A DNA stretch of 64,000 nucleotides from Octopus bimaculoides. Lineage: Eukaryota. Positions 11,114 through 23,989 of the stretch are shown in pieces. Positions within the stretch are counted from its first letter, which is position 1. Each line of letters opens with the position of its first letter. Location: assembly GCF_001194135.2 (NCBI RefSeq), contig NC_068997.1:56968929-57032928 (forward strand). The letters run 5' to 3'. The translations under genes and the position numbers were made by a program. The notes under the pieces are model-generated. The model was given only the letters and a program-made list of their open reading frames with translations. It made no database searches and was not told the DNA's origin.

Positions 11114-14100
11114 TATATATATATATATATATATANNNNNNNNNNNNNNNNNNNNNNNNNNNNNNNNNNNNNNNNNNNNNNNNNNNNNNNNNNNNNNNNN
11201 NNNNNNNNNNNNNNNNNNNNNNNNNNNNNNNNNNNNNATATATGAAACTACGAATTTCCCGCATCTCGAACTGAACCCGCGGCCTCTTGGTCAGGAACTT
11301 AGTCACCTACTCATAAGTTGACTTTTCATTTCATTTAAACAGGCGGAGAACCCCCCCCCACACACACACACACATGCTTACGCTTATTCACATGTATCTA
11401 CGTTTTATGTAGATGTATGGATATGTGTGTGCGTGTACATTTACATGTATACATATGCATTTTTATGAATGTATGTATAACTACATATGTATACACAACA
11501 TATCTATATATACTTTCATACTTATATACGCACATGCCTTTCTATATATGTGTGTCTCTGACTGTTTAGGAGAAGATTTATGTCTCCCTATTTGTGCCTT
11601 TTCACTATTGGAGCCCTTCTCACACTGACAACGGCATTTGATAGTATTTTGCACATATACATTTCAAGAATGATTAAAGAAATAACATTAGTAATTAAGA
11701 AATAAAGAAATGTCACCTTGGAACTGTTTATCTGCAATATTGACTAATTAGCTTTCAACTCATTGTGATAGGCGTCAAATCAACTGTACAACTGTCGTAT
11801 CTGGAGAGACTCCATACCTAACTTTCCATATCGTCCTATACAAATACATCTAAAATTTCTCTTAACATTATTAGTTTCTCGTTAAGTGATTTTTTTTTTC
11901 TGTGAAGATATGCAATTTTAAATGCATTTGCGTCCTCTGTCTCTATCTCTATCTCTCTCTGTTACCCTGGAAGGCATTTTAATGATGTCATATCACTATA
12001 TAAATTGATTTTGTAAAACGTGAAAGATTTCTTCTGCGAGAGATAGTAAATTGATGTCACCTTCTGTGTGACAGCTGAAAGGAATTAGTAATTTCATGCA
12101 ATTCCCACCAGTCTGCATCCATCTTTCTACTCCAATAAAGATAATCAGGTAGTTTATTTATTTATTTATTTATTTATTGTAAACGAATAGATTTTTTGCC
12201 GTGGTTGTTACTTCTCAGCTCTCTTTATCATTCTTCCTCAGCTATCATCTCTCTCCATGTAATGGATGATTTCCGAACATGCATACTATTAAAATCATTC
12301 TAGAGAGAGATTGTCTTTATTTCTATATTTCCATTCCGTGCTTTGACCGATCTCATCTCGTCCTTGGACACATCCAGTACAATACCATGGCTCTTTTTCC
12401 TATGAAAAGCGGCGGTCAGTCCCTATTCTCTCCACTCTATCTAGTGAGAAGATTCGTAGAAGACAATCCCCAGTGACCCTTACTCTAAGAAGGGGGCCTG
12501 GACATGATCTTGCATGTCACACCTCACAAATCTTTATGTTAAATTATGATTGATAAATTTCCAACATACAGAACAGATTATTCCACACATAACCTCACGT
12601 ACAGCGTATGGTTAACTAACTTCTTTTGTATTCCCGTGATTCTGAATTGGGTCGTCTTTCATGATAACTTGGTGGGGGAGGGGATTCTTTTACTGCGAAT
12701 TCGAGTTCACAATATTAACCGCAAAAAAATTTTTCCTATTGGCGGGAATATCAGTTGAACGAATCTTCACTAGACCAAATCCCATTCTCGTCAGTTTGGT
12801 GTAAGCTTGAACAAGAAACCTCAACTGTTGGTATTTCGTTAGCCATGGTTGATCAATGTTTGGTTTGCCTCTGAATTTCTGAAGAAGGTTAACGTTCAGT
12901 AATCAGGTTTCTACGGGATGAAAATGTTTGAGGGGTTGACAGCGTTGGAAAGCTTTCAGCATTAAATGAGAACAATATTTTGACGCATTGTAGTTTCTGT
13001 AAATGGGCTGCGAAAAATATTAAATACTCACATTTGTTAAGAATTATATGCAAGGATTGATGTGATCAAATCTACTGCCTTATTTTTGTTTTTTCGTTTG
13101 GTCATTATGGTACCTTTGTAATTATTTGTGACTATAAAAATGATTTTTAGCAGGCAAACATAATCTTTGATTTTTCTTTAGTCCATTTCTGTTACTTCTA
13201 CTTGTCTAGAGACCAACGCATAAACAATATTATGAATATCCTTCTTTTTACGATTTCTAGCAAAGCCTTCAGTTCGGAATGTACAGCGGCATAATGGCAA
13301 ACATTGTTTGGTTATATTATAATTTGGAAAATAGGGTAGCACAGAATTTGCTTTCGCTAAGAATGCTTCCAGTAGTGTATACTTTGTGTATCTACATATT
13401 GATTAATGAAGGAAATTTCATTGTGCTTTAGTAATCTTACCTAAGTAGAAACACATACAGCTGCACAAGCATTAAATTCAGTCTCGGAAGGAATTTTATC
13501 TTCAGAATATCAATCAGTCTTTGGAATTTATATTCAACGGAAATGGAAACAGTGCAAGACTTAGTAAAATAATTCACATTGACTATTCGAATGTCACAAA
13601 GATTCTCTTGTTAATGCACTCTAGATATGAAACCGACTAAGTTTCGACTAATAGACGAGAAACTTTAGAAACTTTAAATTACGCTCCGTCTTGGTCAATT
13701 GAAATTACCTCCCTTAACCACTTTCACAGTCTCAATAACAGGTGGCGATCGAAATTGTCGGAAAGTGAGCCAAACCTTGAAATAGTGTATACTATTTTTA
13801 TTTATACATTGAATTTCTGAGCCACGTGAAAGTGAGAGTATTTCTTGCAATAATGGAACAGAGTTAAAAATTGAATAATATATTATCGATTTTCATATGC
13901 ACTCAGTTAAATCTGAATTGATTCTGTCACATCTAATGAAATGTACACATCACTTTCATTATATATTGCATCCAAGAGATTTCAACTTGTCTTCATCAAT
14001 TGAATCACAGAAAAACAATGGTAAAGTTGTTAGTTGTCCTTCTTCCCACTTTTCCGCGCACTACTTAAAGGTCGCCTATATTCATAGATATTTTAATGTA

Positions 14101-15489
14101 TGCTTTTTCCCTACATCAATCTTCATATTCCCACAAGCCATTTTGAATAAAATTATTATATGAAAACCTATATTCAATATTAATAAATTTAAATATGTTA
14201 ATATGATCAAATATCAACTTACGGACTGTGTGTGTGTGCGTGTGCTTGTTTATATTTATATCTGAATGTATGTAGGTGTATATGTATGTATGTGTGTGTG
14301 CGTCTGTATCTGATTCTAGAGTAAATTCTGATGATATGAAATGTTGAGCATTAATTATATATAATTATATATACCATATCGTACCTCTGATATAAGACCT
14401 ACGACCTAAGGACTCCTGTGTCGTCGTCCCAGCTTGCTCCCTCACTGCAGATAAAACCCGGGTGTAAAGTGTGCGGCGGCCAGTTTTAGGCAGACTGCAC
14501 TTCAGCTTAAAACTCCATCGCGCAGGCCGAAGGGACTGTCCACGACCATGATTACAACTCCCCAAGCTTTGTAACGATAGAAAGGGCGTGAAAACAGCAG
14601 TTGGAAGATGTCACTGGAAGCAGCAGCCCCCAACCTGTAAGTAGGCGGTTCAGAATATCGGTCGCCTGGTGCTGTCCTGAAGACATCAACATCACTCGGC
14701 AGCATCCCTAACGACCAAGCAACCTTATCTAGCGATAACACTGTTTGCTCCACATGGAGCGGTGCCTAGAAAAGATGGCCTAAAGAAAGCTCGTCACCTG
14801 CACACCCAGTTGGCAAACTGCGTCCAACGGACAGCTTTAAGCGGCCGAACACGCACAAGTACAAAAGAAGAAAGATTTCACGCACCCTCCAAAGGTTGCC
14901 ATCTGAAGATGAACTAAAATATTTCAAAATATTTGAAGAATTGGAAAAGAGTCAAACTGATTGGGGAAAAGTAGGGCGTTTAGAATTATTTTGAACGCCA
15001 TGGGGATTGTTATGTAATGTATTCTTAGGAAATTTCTTCATTTACATTTATTCAAAATCGTAGGTGCATTACAAAAATCAATTTTACGAAGTTACTGCAC
15101 AGGAGTTTTCTAGTAAATATACTTAATGAAGAGGATTAAAAATATGCTGGGCACGGGAGAAATTTGTTTTTAAATGGGAAATTATATGCTTTGCAGACAA
15201 AATCGATGTAACGTGAAACATGTGAAGATAAATTGCTATGTAGCACTTAAAAATATGATTAGTGGAATCATCTAATACTGAGAGGTGAATGAAAGAAAAT
15301 ATTGCTGATGTGAACAATGAGAAAGGAAATGAAAATAAAAACAAGCCATTAAAAGTAGTGGAGATACAAGTTTCAAGATAAATATTCGAAAACTATAACA
15401 GCTCCAAAGCTATTAACATGAAACGAAGTTTGTAGATGCTTTAACAACAAACTGGATCGTGGTTCATAGTGAAAATATGATCTTGAGAT

Positions 15490-15525
<36 letters not shown>

Positions 15526-15592
15526 ATATATATATTATATATAAATATTATATATATATATATATATATTATANNNNNNNNNNNNNNNNNNN

Positions 15593-15623
<31 letters not shown>

Positions 15624-17366
15624 AATAGCAAGTAAAAAGCCTAAAGCAATCTAGAAAAAATATTTGCCATTGAACAAATATCTAAGAAAGAATTCGCATT
15701 TCGAATACCAAGCAAACATTAGGAAATCAATATTCTTTGGAATTGATGCATAGACCGGAAATCTTCAAACTCTGGAAGTTCTAAGACATTGTTTTCCATT
15801 AAAAACTAGAACCAATTCATAAATGCAACCCACAAAGAATTTTAAACAGTAACACTTGCCACATGCAACCCATCTACAGAGAAAGAAATGTAAAACTTGT
15901 TACAAATAGCAATAAAATATCTCCTCGAATCACACAGCGCAGCTATCAACGTAGCGTGGTAGGTTCTAAGATATAGAGATATAGACTTTAATATACAAAA
16001 ATTGATGATAGTCACAACTACGAGTTGTTAGTCGGGGACTTACTCAATGCTAAGAAACAACGATATAAGTTCAGGAATGTGAGAAATATGATCTTCATGA
16101 AACGATTCTGCATTGATGAGATTCCTTCCAATTATCTCTTTATCACATCTTAATTACTTCAGGGTATTTGTCATGAATTCCATACTTTAGAATGATTAAC
16201 AATATCATATCTGATACCCTAGACAACACATATTTCAACATACGGGTGACACCTTAATTTAAAACTTCTTCCCCTCAACTTATCCCATTTTCTGTTGATA
16301 AATATTTGATTTTCAACAATGACATCAGCTAAAATATTAGTGAATAGAATAGAATCGAATCCACGCACTTATTGTTTCATATTTGTTCAATCCCAGAATA
16401 GTTGTATATGTAACATGCATGCATACAAACACACAGTCACACAGATAGACAGACAGGCACACACATAACATATAATTATAAAATTATAATAACACTCTCA
16501 GATGATGACACTGTGAGTTGATAACAATTTGAGGCCTTACAATACCAAGTCAGTGTACACTATCATTTAAAGCAGCAACGTCCATTCACAAACACTGATT
16601 CGACTTTCTTCACATCAACACTACGACATCCATTGCCATCACATGTATCACCACCATCACAACGATATCAACATTATCACTAATTCCATCACCACACCCT
16701 TCCCTACTAACACTACAACATTATAATTCAATCATTAAACAATTGCCTAATGTTCTGTTTATAAATAATCTAATTTTATGTGAACGTCGAAATCTTTTGT
16801 CACAAACGTTCACAAGACATGGCTTGTCTCTAACATCATTCACTCATCTCAAACTGAATTAAAACTACTTTTCGTTAGAAGTACATTTCATTTATTTTCA
16901 TATTTATAAAATTACCAATTTACATATTCTTTATATCTTTAATGCAGATCAATTACTCCAAGTTATTGGTTTCAAACTAAATATATTTGATGATTTCAGA
17001 TATTCTAATTAATGTAAATTCAAATATTTTGCTACACAAGTTATGTTTTGTCTTGCATTTGCTATCTGACATACCGTTTACTTAACACATTATCGGTAAA
17101 TTGTTACTTCATTACCGGCATTATTACTACAGAGTAAATGTCACTTTATGTCCGACACGTATTTCATAGTCCTAAATGTTAAGAAAATCAGTTTTCTAGT
17201 ACTATTAATGTATAAAACAGTAAAAGAAATAAATGAAAAACAAACAAGATATTATTCTAAGTGTTTTTTATTTCAAACTCCGAGTAGAAAACAGTTGCTT
17301 CTGTAGCTTAGGTCCTGATACACAGTGATTACACACACCACATACATATATTTAGTTATATGTGTC

Positions 17367-17399
<33 letters not shown>

Positions 17400-17416
17400 A
17401 TGTGTGTGTGTATGTA

Positions 17417-17877
17417 TAATATTAAGAAATGTAAGACTAGGTAATTTAATCCATAAACATGACTCCGATTTCAGAGGAATTTAAAGAACAAGTATATATA
17501 TGATACATTAAAAATATATAAGTACATAGACATTAAAAAAAAATCTATAAATAAATTTATCAAAAAAATATATATGTAATATAATAGATTTTTTAAAAAT
17601 TGTTTTTAGGTGTAGACATAAATATATTAAAACACATGTATATCTAAATATATTGAAGATCTGAAGTAGTGATGAAAGGCAAATAAAAGCGAAAGAAAGG
17701 AATTTTTAAGAAATCAGGACAGTTAAAGATAGTTAAAACAGGGACTCTATTTTAACTATTTTTGTCTATGTATTTTTATATATTTAATGTATTCTGTATA
17801 TACTTGTTGTTTGAATTCTTCTGAAATCAGGGTGATGTTTAGAATTAAATTACGTTGTCTTACGTTTCTTCATGTTA
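17417..17877. mobile_element. MITE-like/foldback element with about 115 bp imperfect terminal inverted repeats
   Basis: 17417-17532 aligns with the reverse complement of 17763-17877 (e.g. GATTTCAGAGGAATTTAAAGAACAAGTATATA vs GATTTCAGAAGAATTCAAACAACAAGTATATA). Confidence 0.75.
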
Positions 17878-18697
17878 TGTTTTTATCTTTTGTCTCAATT
17901 TACTCTTGTACATTTCTAAGTGCAAAGCTTAAGTTTATGAGAGAATTTATGATTAATCATATTCTTTCTCAAAACGATTATACATATATACATACATACA
18001 GATAACGTATATGAATGTAAAATATATGTGAATATATATCAAGGGATCAAGTTGTGATGTATGTCCTGGTCCTCTTATAACGATAGCAAGGTATGATGTG
18101 AAGAGAAGAGCGTCTGCTATCTGTAGCAAGTATTCATTTCTGGAAACCACGCCAAACCCCACTCTCAATGTATTTGTTGACGTTCTTGTTGTTATTGTTT
18201 AACCCAGGTTAGCTCTGATCTAGAAAACTAGCGGTTAGAAACCTTCTAGCCGTAATCCTCCGGTCATTTCCTATATCAAGTAATACATAATCAAAGGCAC
18301 CTTTTATTAAAAGCGTATTGTATTTCCAGGTCAGTTTCGGCCTCTTCTCAACTTCACTGAACGTTATCCTATCTCTTCACACCAAGTTAGGCTGCATTGC
18401 ATTAACGCTGAATGACATGCATTAAACTCAGGATATTATCTCATATCTACTATTAACTTGTTTTAGCTCTTCAAACCCATAAGACAATTATTCTTCTAGT
18501 AAGGTGTTCTTATCTCTTTAGCAATCTAATTCTCATTTTTCCAAACGGAACATTTCAAACAACAGAAAGAAACATTAAATTACTCTTTGAAATAAACAGA
18601 TGCAGAATGTGCGCAGACTTTAAATACTATAGAGATTGCGAATCACATTATAGCTGACTTTATGTAGACACAAGCATAAATACCTACACATATTTGG

Positions 18698-18804
<107 letters not shown>

Positions 18805-21800
18805 GCACACACACATGCATATATACGCACACACATATGTGTGCTTGTATGTATATATGAATATATATAGATGTAAAACCATAATTAATTTTAGTCTTTA
18901 CAAATGTTTGACATCAGCAAACTAAAATCACAAACCGTACACGTGATAACAAAGCAGAAACTATACATTTCAATTCGTGTTAACATCATTTTCATAGTAG
19001 CAAAAATGTACAGATATGGTTAATAGCAATATTTCAATGGGATATATTCTCAGAGAAATTGCTACAGGACATGCTGCTTTTCAAATTAAAAATGGCCGCC
19101 ATTTCAGTATGAAGAATCTTGACTTTAGATTTAGGAAAACCAATAGATTCTTCTTGAAATAAGAGAGTAACTGTGGAGAATTGATTATCTCAAGTGTTAG
19201 AACACAATTAGTTCTATCTGTTCGGTTACTGCACGAAAAATAACATCATTGTTTAGTTTGTATTATCATTCGATCCCACGCATTTTATCTATATTAATGT
19301 AAAAGAAATTCCATTTATCGATCTTGCTTCTGAAGGATGCATTTGATGAGATTATCGTTTATTTTATCTCTTCAGTTGCTACCAGTTTTGAATGATAAGG
19401 TATTTAGACACACAAAAGCTATTGGCTTTGCTAATGTTTTCTGTTTGTTTTCTTGTGCTTTACTTCTTCAGGAAGAATAATTTCGTTGAAGGCAAATACG
19501 AAAGCACTTTGTCATTGGTGTTTATTCAGATTCCATTTTGACAGGGAATTGTTTAGACATTCATCAGTGATATTGGTGAACTATGGAATTATACTGAGAA
19601 ATGTTAGATAGAGACGTATTCGTGCTAAGAGAATGTTTTCTTCATTAAAATAGATGTTGCCCGTATTAGAGGGTTTTTGCAGTTGCTTCTGCCCATACGG
19701 GAGATCTCAATGTAATTCTACGTAACAGTAACTTCACAATCTCCATCACTTGATGCTGTTGATACAAATCGGGAAAGTGGAGCCAACCTGGAGGCACCCG
19801 TTAGATCAACCACCGTGCCTGAAATAGTAACCAACTCTCTCTCATAGCATATAATTCCATGAAGTCATTATTTATTTTTAGATACATGATTTCTGAAAAT
19901 ATAACGGAATTAAAGGAAACCTTTGAACATATGTGCCCAAATAAAATCTGGAATGGAGCAAAGCAAAAACTATTAGAGCAAAATTCACAACCAGTGATAG
20001 GAATATTTGCTAAATTAATGATACGAAAATAACTTTGTAGAATGTAGTTCCGTTTTTCATTAAATATGATAAAGTAACTTTCATCATTTTAACGAATTGC
20101 CGCTAGATACAGTTCTAAGCCTTCACTTATACTCACTTTTCCTCTACATTAACTTATTTTTCCTGTACTTGCTCTGCATGCAGAAATATCCGCTATTTCT
20201 AGTATTTGTAGTCACTGAATAGAAGTTTCATCACTTTTGTTGTCATTGGCATCAATAGCATCGTACGTTAGGTTGGCATGAGAATTTATATAAGTTTTCC
20301 CACTTTCTGTTCCATCCAAATTCTATTTCTTGTTTAATATTCCTCCTACTAAATAATTCATTTCACCTGTGCACTTGCTGTTCCCTAAGTTTCGGTTGTA
20401 TTTCTACCAGTTTCGTCTGTGCTTCAGTTTTTGATAAATCAAAGCTCATTCATTTATATGTAGGTGATATCACCATTTAGTTCAGTATAACACCTAAAGA
20501 TGAAGTCTGTGATGAGGTCTGCGGGTGGAGAGACAATACCAAATCTAAAAGATCTCAGATTCGCTGTATGCCACATCCACGCTCCAGCCTCTATATGTGT
20601 ATGTGTGTGTGTGTACGTTTGTAAGTGTGTTTACATGTGTGTGTGTGTGTACGCGTGCATGTGTGTGTGATTGTATACAAATAATACGAAAATAGATGTC
20701 AATCTACGTTACAGTCTGTGTTTGAATTAACTGTTATAACTCAGTCGCGTTATTCACTAGTTTCTCAATAAACTTGCACAGATTAAGACAGATAGTTTAC
20801 CATTAGAATTTAAAACAAAAATATTATAAAATATTGTAGTGCATCACAAAATAATATATCGACAAATATAAATCGCTGCTTGAAGAAACTTTTTAATTAT
20901 GTCAGTGTTGCATTATATTATTTTCAGAAATATTTACTTGCTGTTGAAATTCTTTCCTCGCCACCAGTATCTCCTCTATTCAGAGGATGATTTTGTTATA
21001 TATCTTTCCAAGCAGACACTGTTCTGAAGATTTATATATGGCTTACTAAAATGACCCAGCCCATTGCCTACAGCACAATTTAAATAATCTTCACAATTCA
21101 GGCGAGCTGACAACTTTCTCCGTTGTAATGATAAAAAGAATCTTTGCAGTGGACTGAAATCTAATTATTGGCGAAAATGAAATTTTATTTCTGTTCCTGT
21201 TGAAAATGAATAGCTTCAATATACTGGGTTTGATAAAATACGTGTCAGAAACATAATCAAGTCGAGAAGATCAAACAGAACTTGAGGTGTCGCTGGTGAG
21301 CAAGCTGGTGGAGACGAATCTCTTAACTCATAGCTCTTGTTTTTGTTGTTATTGTTCTGACAATAAGAAAACTTTCTCTGAAATTAAGCTGCAGTGCGAA
21401 TTTCTTTCAGCTATTCTGATTAAGCTTATGGTCTGATATTTAAGGAAAAGACGGTGTATTTCTTAAAGTCTTTCCAGATACAGTATATCTGAAAGTATTT
21501 GCACAATATTTGAAATTATTTTTGTTTCTGATTTATTAACGTTTATGCATGATGGCAAAGAATTATTCACATTAGAGCATTTAGAAACCGTGAAGGTATG
21601 TATTACAGCAAGACTGTCTCGGTCTTTTGTAACTCAGTAGGTTTGAGACGGGCGCATTAGTGAAACAAGCATGGTTATATTTTAGTCAAGGGCCCAATAC
21701 AATGCTTTCTGTATTAACAGTGGATCTCCTGATCATATGTTCAATTGCTCCAATGACTTAAACCCATCAGTTTATGACGCAATGAAGAATCATTTATGAT

Positions 21801-22620
21801 TCTGTTATAATCTCTCTTCTGGAAATATTTCATTTCAATATATACTAGATATAAAATCATCAAAAAACAACCAGCACATAAAGTAGTATTCTTTCTCTAA
21901 ATCGAAACCACAGATGAAAAGCTATTAAGCATTTCGCCTGGTGTGCTAACGATTCTGCCAACTCACCGACTTAGTGTATAAGTATGTGCCGGGGCAGTGT
22001 GTGTGTGCGTATCTGTGCGTGTGTGTGAGTGCGCGTGACTGCGTGTGTGTGGTGTAAATGTATATGAATGTATTCGTGTGTGTTTCTTAAATTGTGTTAA
22101 TTTGAGAATGACAATCTAGGTGCACAGGCTTGAAGACATTAAGTTTCAATTTGAACATTATTTCGTTGTTATTTCTGGCACAAGGGACAACCACCAGTAA
22201 AAGACTGTCTTTGACTTTTGTATTAATTCAGCATACAATGGGAAAATAAGCATTTTGGTCACTGTTTCAATCTAAATCTAAAGTTGGGATGCTCAAGTGA
22301 TTAGGATACTGGTACAAGTCTAACTTGGACTAAAATAACATGGATATCTTACACACCGTATCTGCATATCCAGTCAAAAGCTGCATACACGAATCAGTGA
22401 GTGAAGTTATAATGCAGTCGTTTGAGCTGCAAGAAATAGCAGCTAAATAAATTTAAAGGCAAACACTAAGGCTTTCAAAATAGTTACATATGTACTATTT
22501 CTGGAAAATAAGGTGTGATTGTCATGACTAGAAGGCATTTCCTCTTATGCCAGTTTGATCTAAAGCTGACACAGAGCTAAACTGCAAGAACTGCTATGAA
22601 AAATTAAAATGGCTTTCATA

Positions 22621-22850
22621 ATAATAGTAATAATAATCCTTTCTACTCTAGGCGCAAGGCCTGAAATTTGGTAGAAGGTTAGTCGATTACATCGACCCCA
22701 GTACGCAACTGGTACATTATTTTTATGGAGCCCGAACAAAAGAAAGCTAAAGTCGACATGACATGGGTTGAATTTGAACGCAAAACATAAAGGGCCGTAA
22801 GAAATGCTGCTAAACATTTTGTTCGTTAACCTAAAGATGCTAAAAGCTCA
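22621..22850 (-). mobile_element. SINE family A copy with (ATT)n-like tail
   Basis: GTCGATTACATCGACCCCAGT and GAATTTGAACGCAAAACATAAAG are reverse complements of the family A body and B box. Confidence 0.75.
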
Positions 22851-22859
22851 CTTCTTTTT

Positions 22860-23035
22860 TCATAATTGCTTCCAATTTTGTGCAGAGGCCAACAGTTTTG
22901 AAGTGGAAGGGATTAGTGATTACATCGACCCCAGTATTTGAGTGGTATTTTAGTTTATCGATCACGAAATGATAAAAGTTGACGTTAGTGGGATTTGAGC
23001 TTAGAACGCAAAGAGATGCTGCCAATTCGCCTAAT
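22860..23035 (-). mobile_element. SINE family A copy directly adjacent to the previous one
   Basis: GATTACATCGACCCCAGTA, TTTATCGATC and GATTTGAGCTTAGAACG match family A on the minus strand. Confidence 0.7.
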
Positions 23036-23074
23036 AATAATAATAATGTCTACTTTAGTACTAAGCCGCATATA

Positions 23075-23320
23075 TCTCTTCATCTTCCTGCTTCTTCTCC
23101 TCCTCCTCTTCCTGTTCCTTTTTTTTCCAATCCTTCTCCTTCGCCTTCTTCTTCTCCTTCACCTTTTCCTTCTTTCGTCTTCTTCTTCTTCTCTTCTCTT
23201 TCTCTTCTTCTCTTTCTTCTTCTTCTTCTCTTTCTTCTTCTCTTTCTTCTTCTCCATCTCCTTCTCCACCACCATCTCCTCTCTTTCTCTTCCTCTTCCT
23301 CCTCTTTCTCTCTTGTTCAT
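23075..23320. repeat. polypyrimidine (CTT/CT)n low-complexity tract
   Basis: Almost only C and T on the + strand. Confidence 0.9.
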
Positions 23321-23568
23321 CCTCCACGCTGCCACGACAGCAGCTATCGTTGTCCTCTTCGAATCTTCGTCGGCGTATTCTTTATTCGCAATACTAATAT
23401 ATATGTGCAAGCGTGTGTGTGTGTGTATGTATATATACACACACACATGCGTGTTCGTATTCGAGTGTGTCTGTGTCTGTGTGTGGGTGTATATATACAT
23501 ATTCCCATTCGTTATCTCTGCGCATGCTCACTTTTTTCTCTCCCTTTCATTCATTATTCATTTACTGG

Positions 23569-23649
23569 TTTTTCTTCATAATTTTCATTATTCTTTTCTT
23601 TGTCTTTTTCTTCATAATTTTCATTATTCTTTTCTTTGTCTTTTTCTTC
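23569..23649. repeat. exact 36-bp tandem duplication (2.25 copies)
   Basis: TTTTTCTTCATAATTTTCATTATTCTTTTCTTTGTC at 23569-23604 and 23605-23640. Confidence 0.9.
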
Positions 23650-23944
23650 CTGTTCTTTCCATCCTTGAATCATATTCTTCTCCGCATATTTTTCTTCTAA
23701 TTATTTTTATTCTCTAATTAACCCTTTCAAATCCTCAAGGAATAGCAAAAGTGGCGATACGTTAATCTTTATATAGGTTTATCTGATTGCTATTAGGGAA
23801 TGCTATTTCGGGTTCGCTCTCAACAAATAAACCTTTCCTTTAATATCCCTACGGTGTTCAAAGTTGAAATTTGCCTTTTCTAAAAATTACTCGATAATGA
23901 AATCATTAAAGCAAGTTGATTCTATTGTTATCCCAAAAGAGGGA

Positions 23945-23989
<45 letters not shown>

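Noticed and set aside
12560-13600. Faint LINE-like snippets (SYHER…CWKF on minus near 12560-12670; GMYS…YIIIWKI on plus near 13260-13330)
   Set aside because: Too short and too interrupted to call without an alignment tool.
22995-23717. 240-aa and overlapping 200-aa ORFs rich in L/F/S
   Set aside because: Produced by the CT/CTT tract, TG repeats and a 36-bp duplication; no protein signal.
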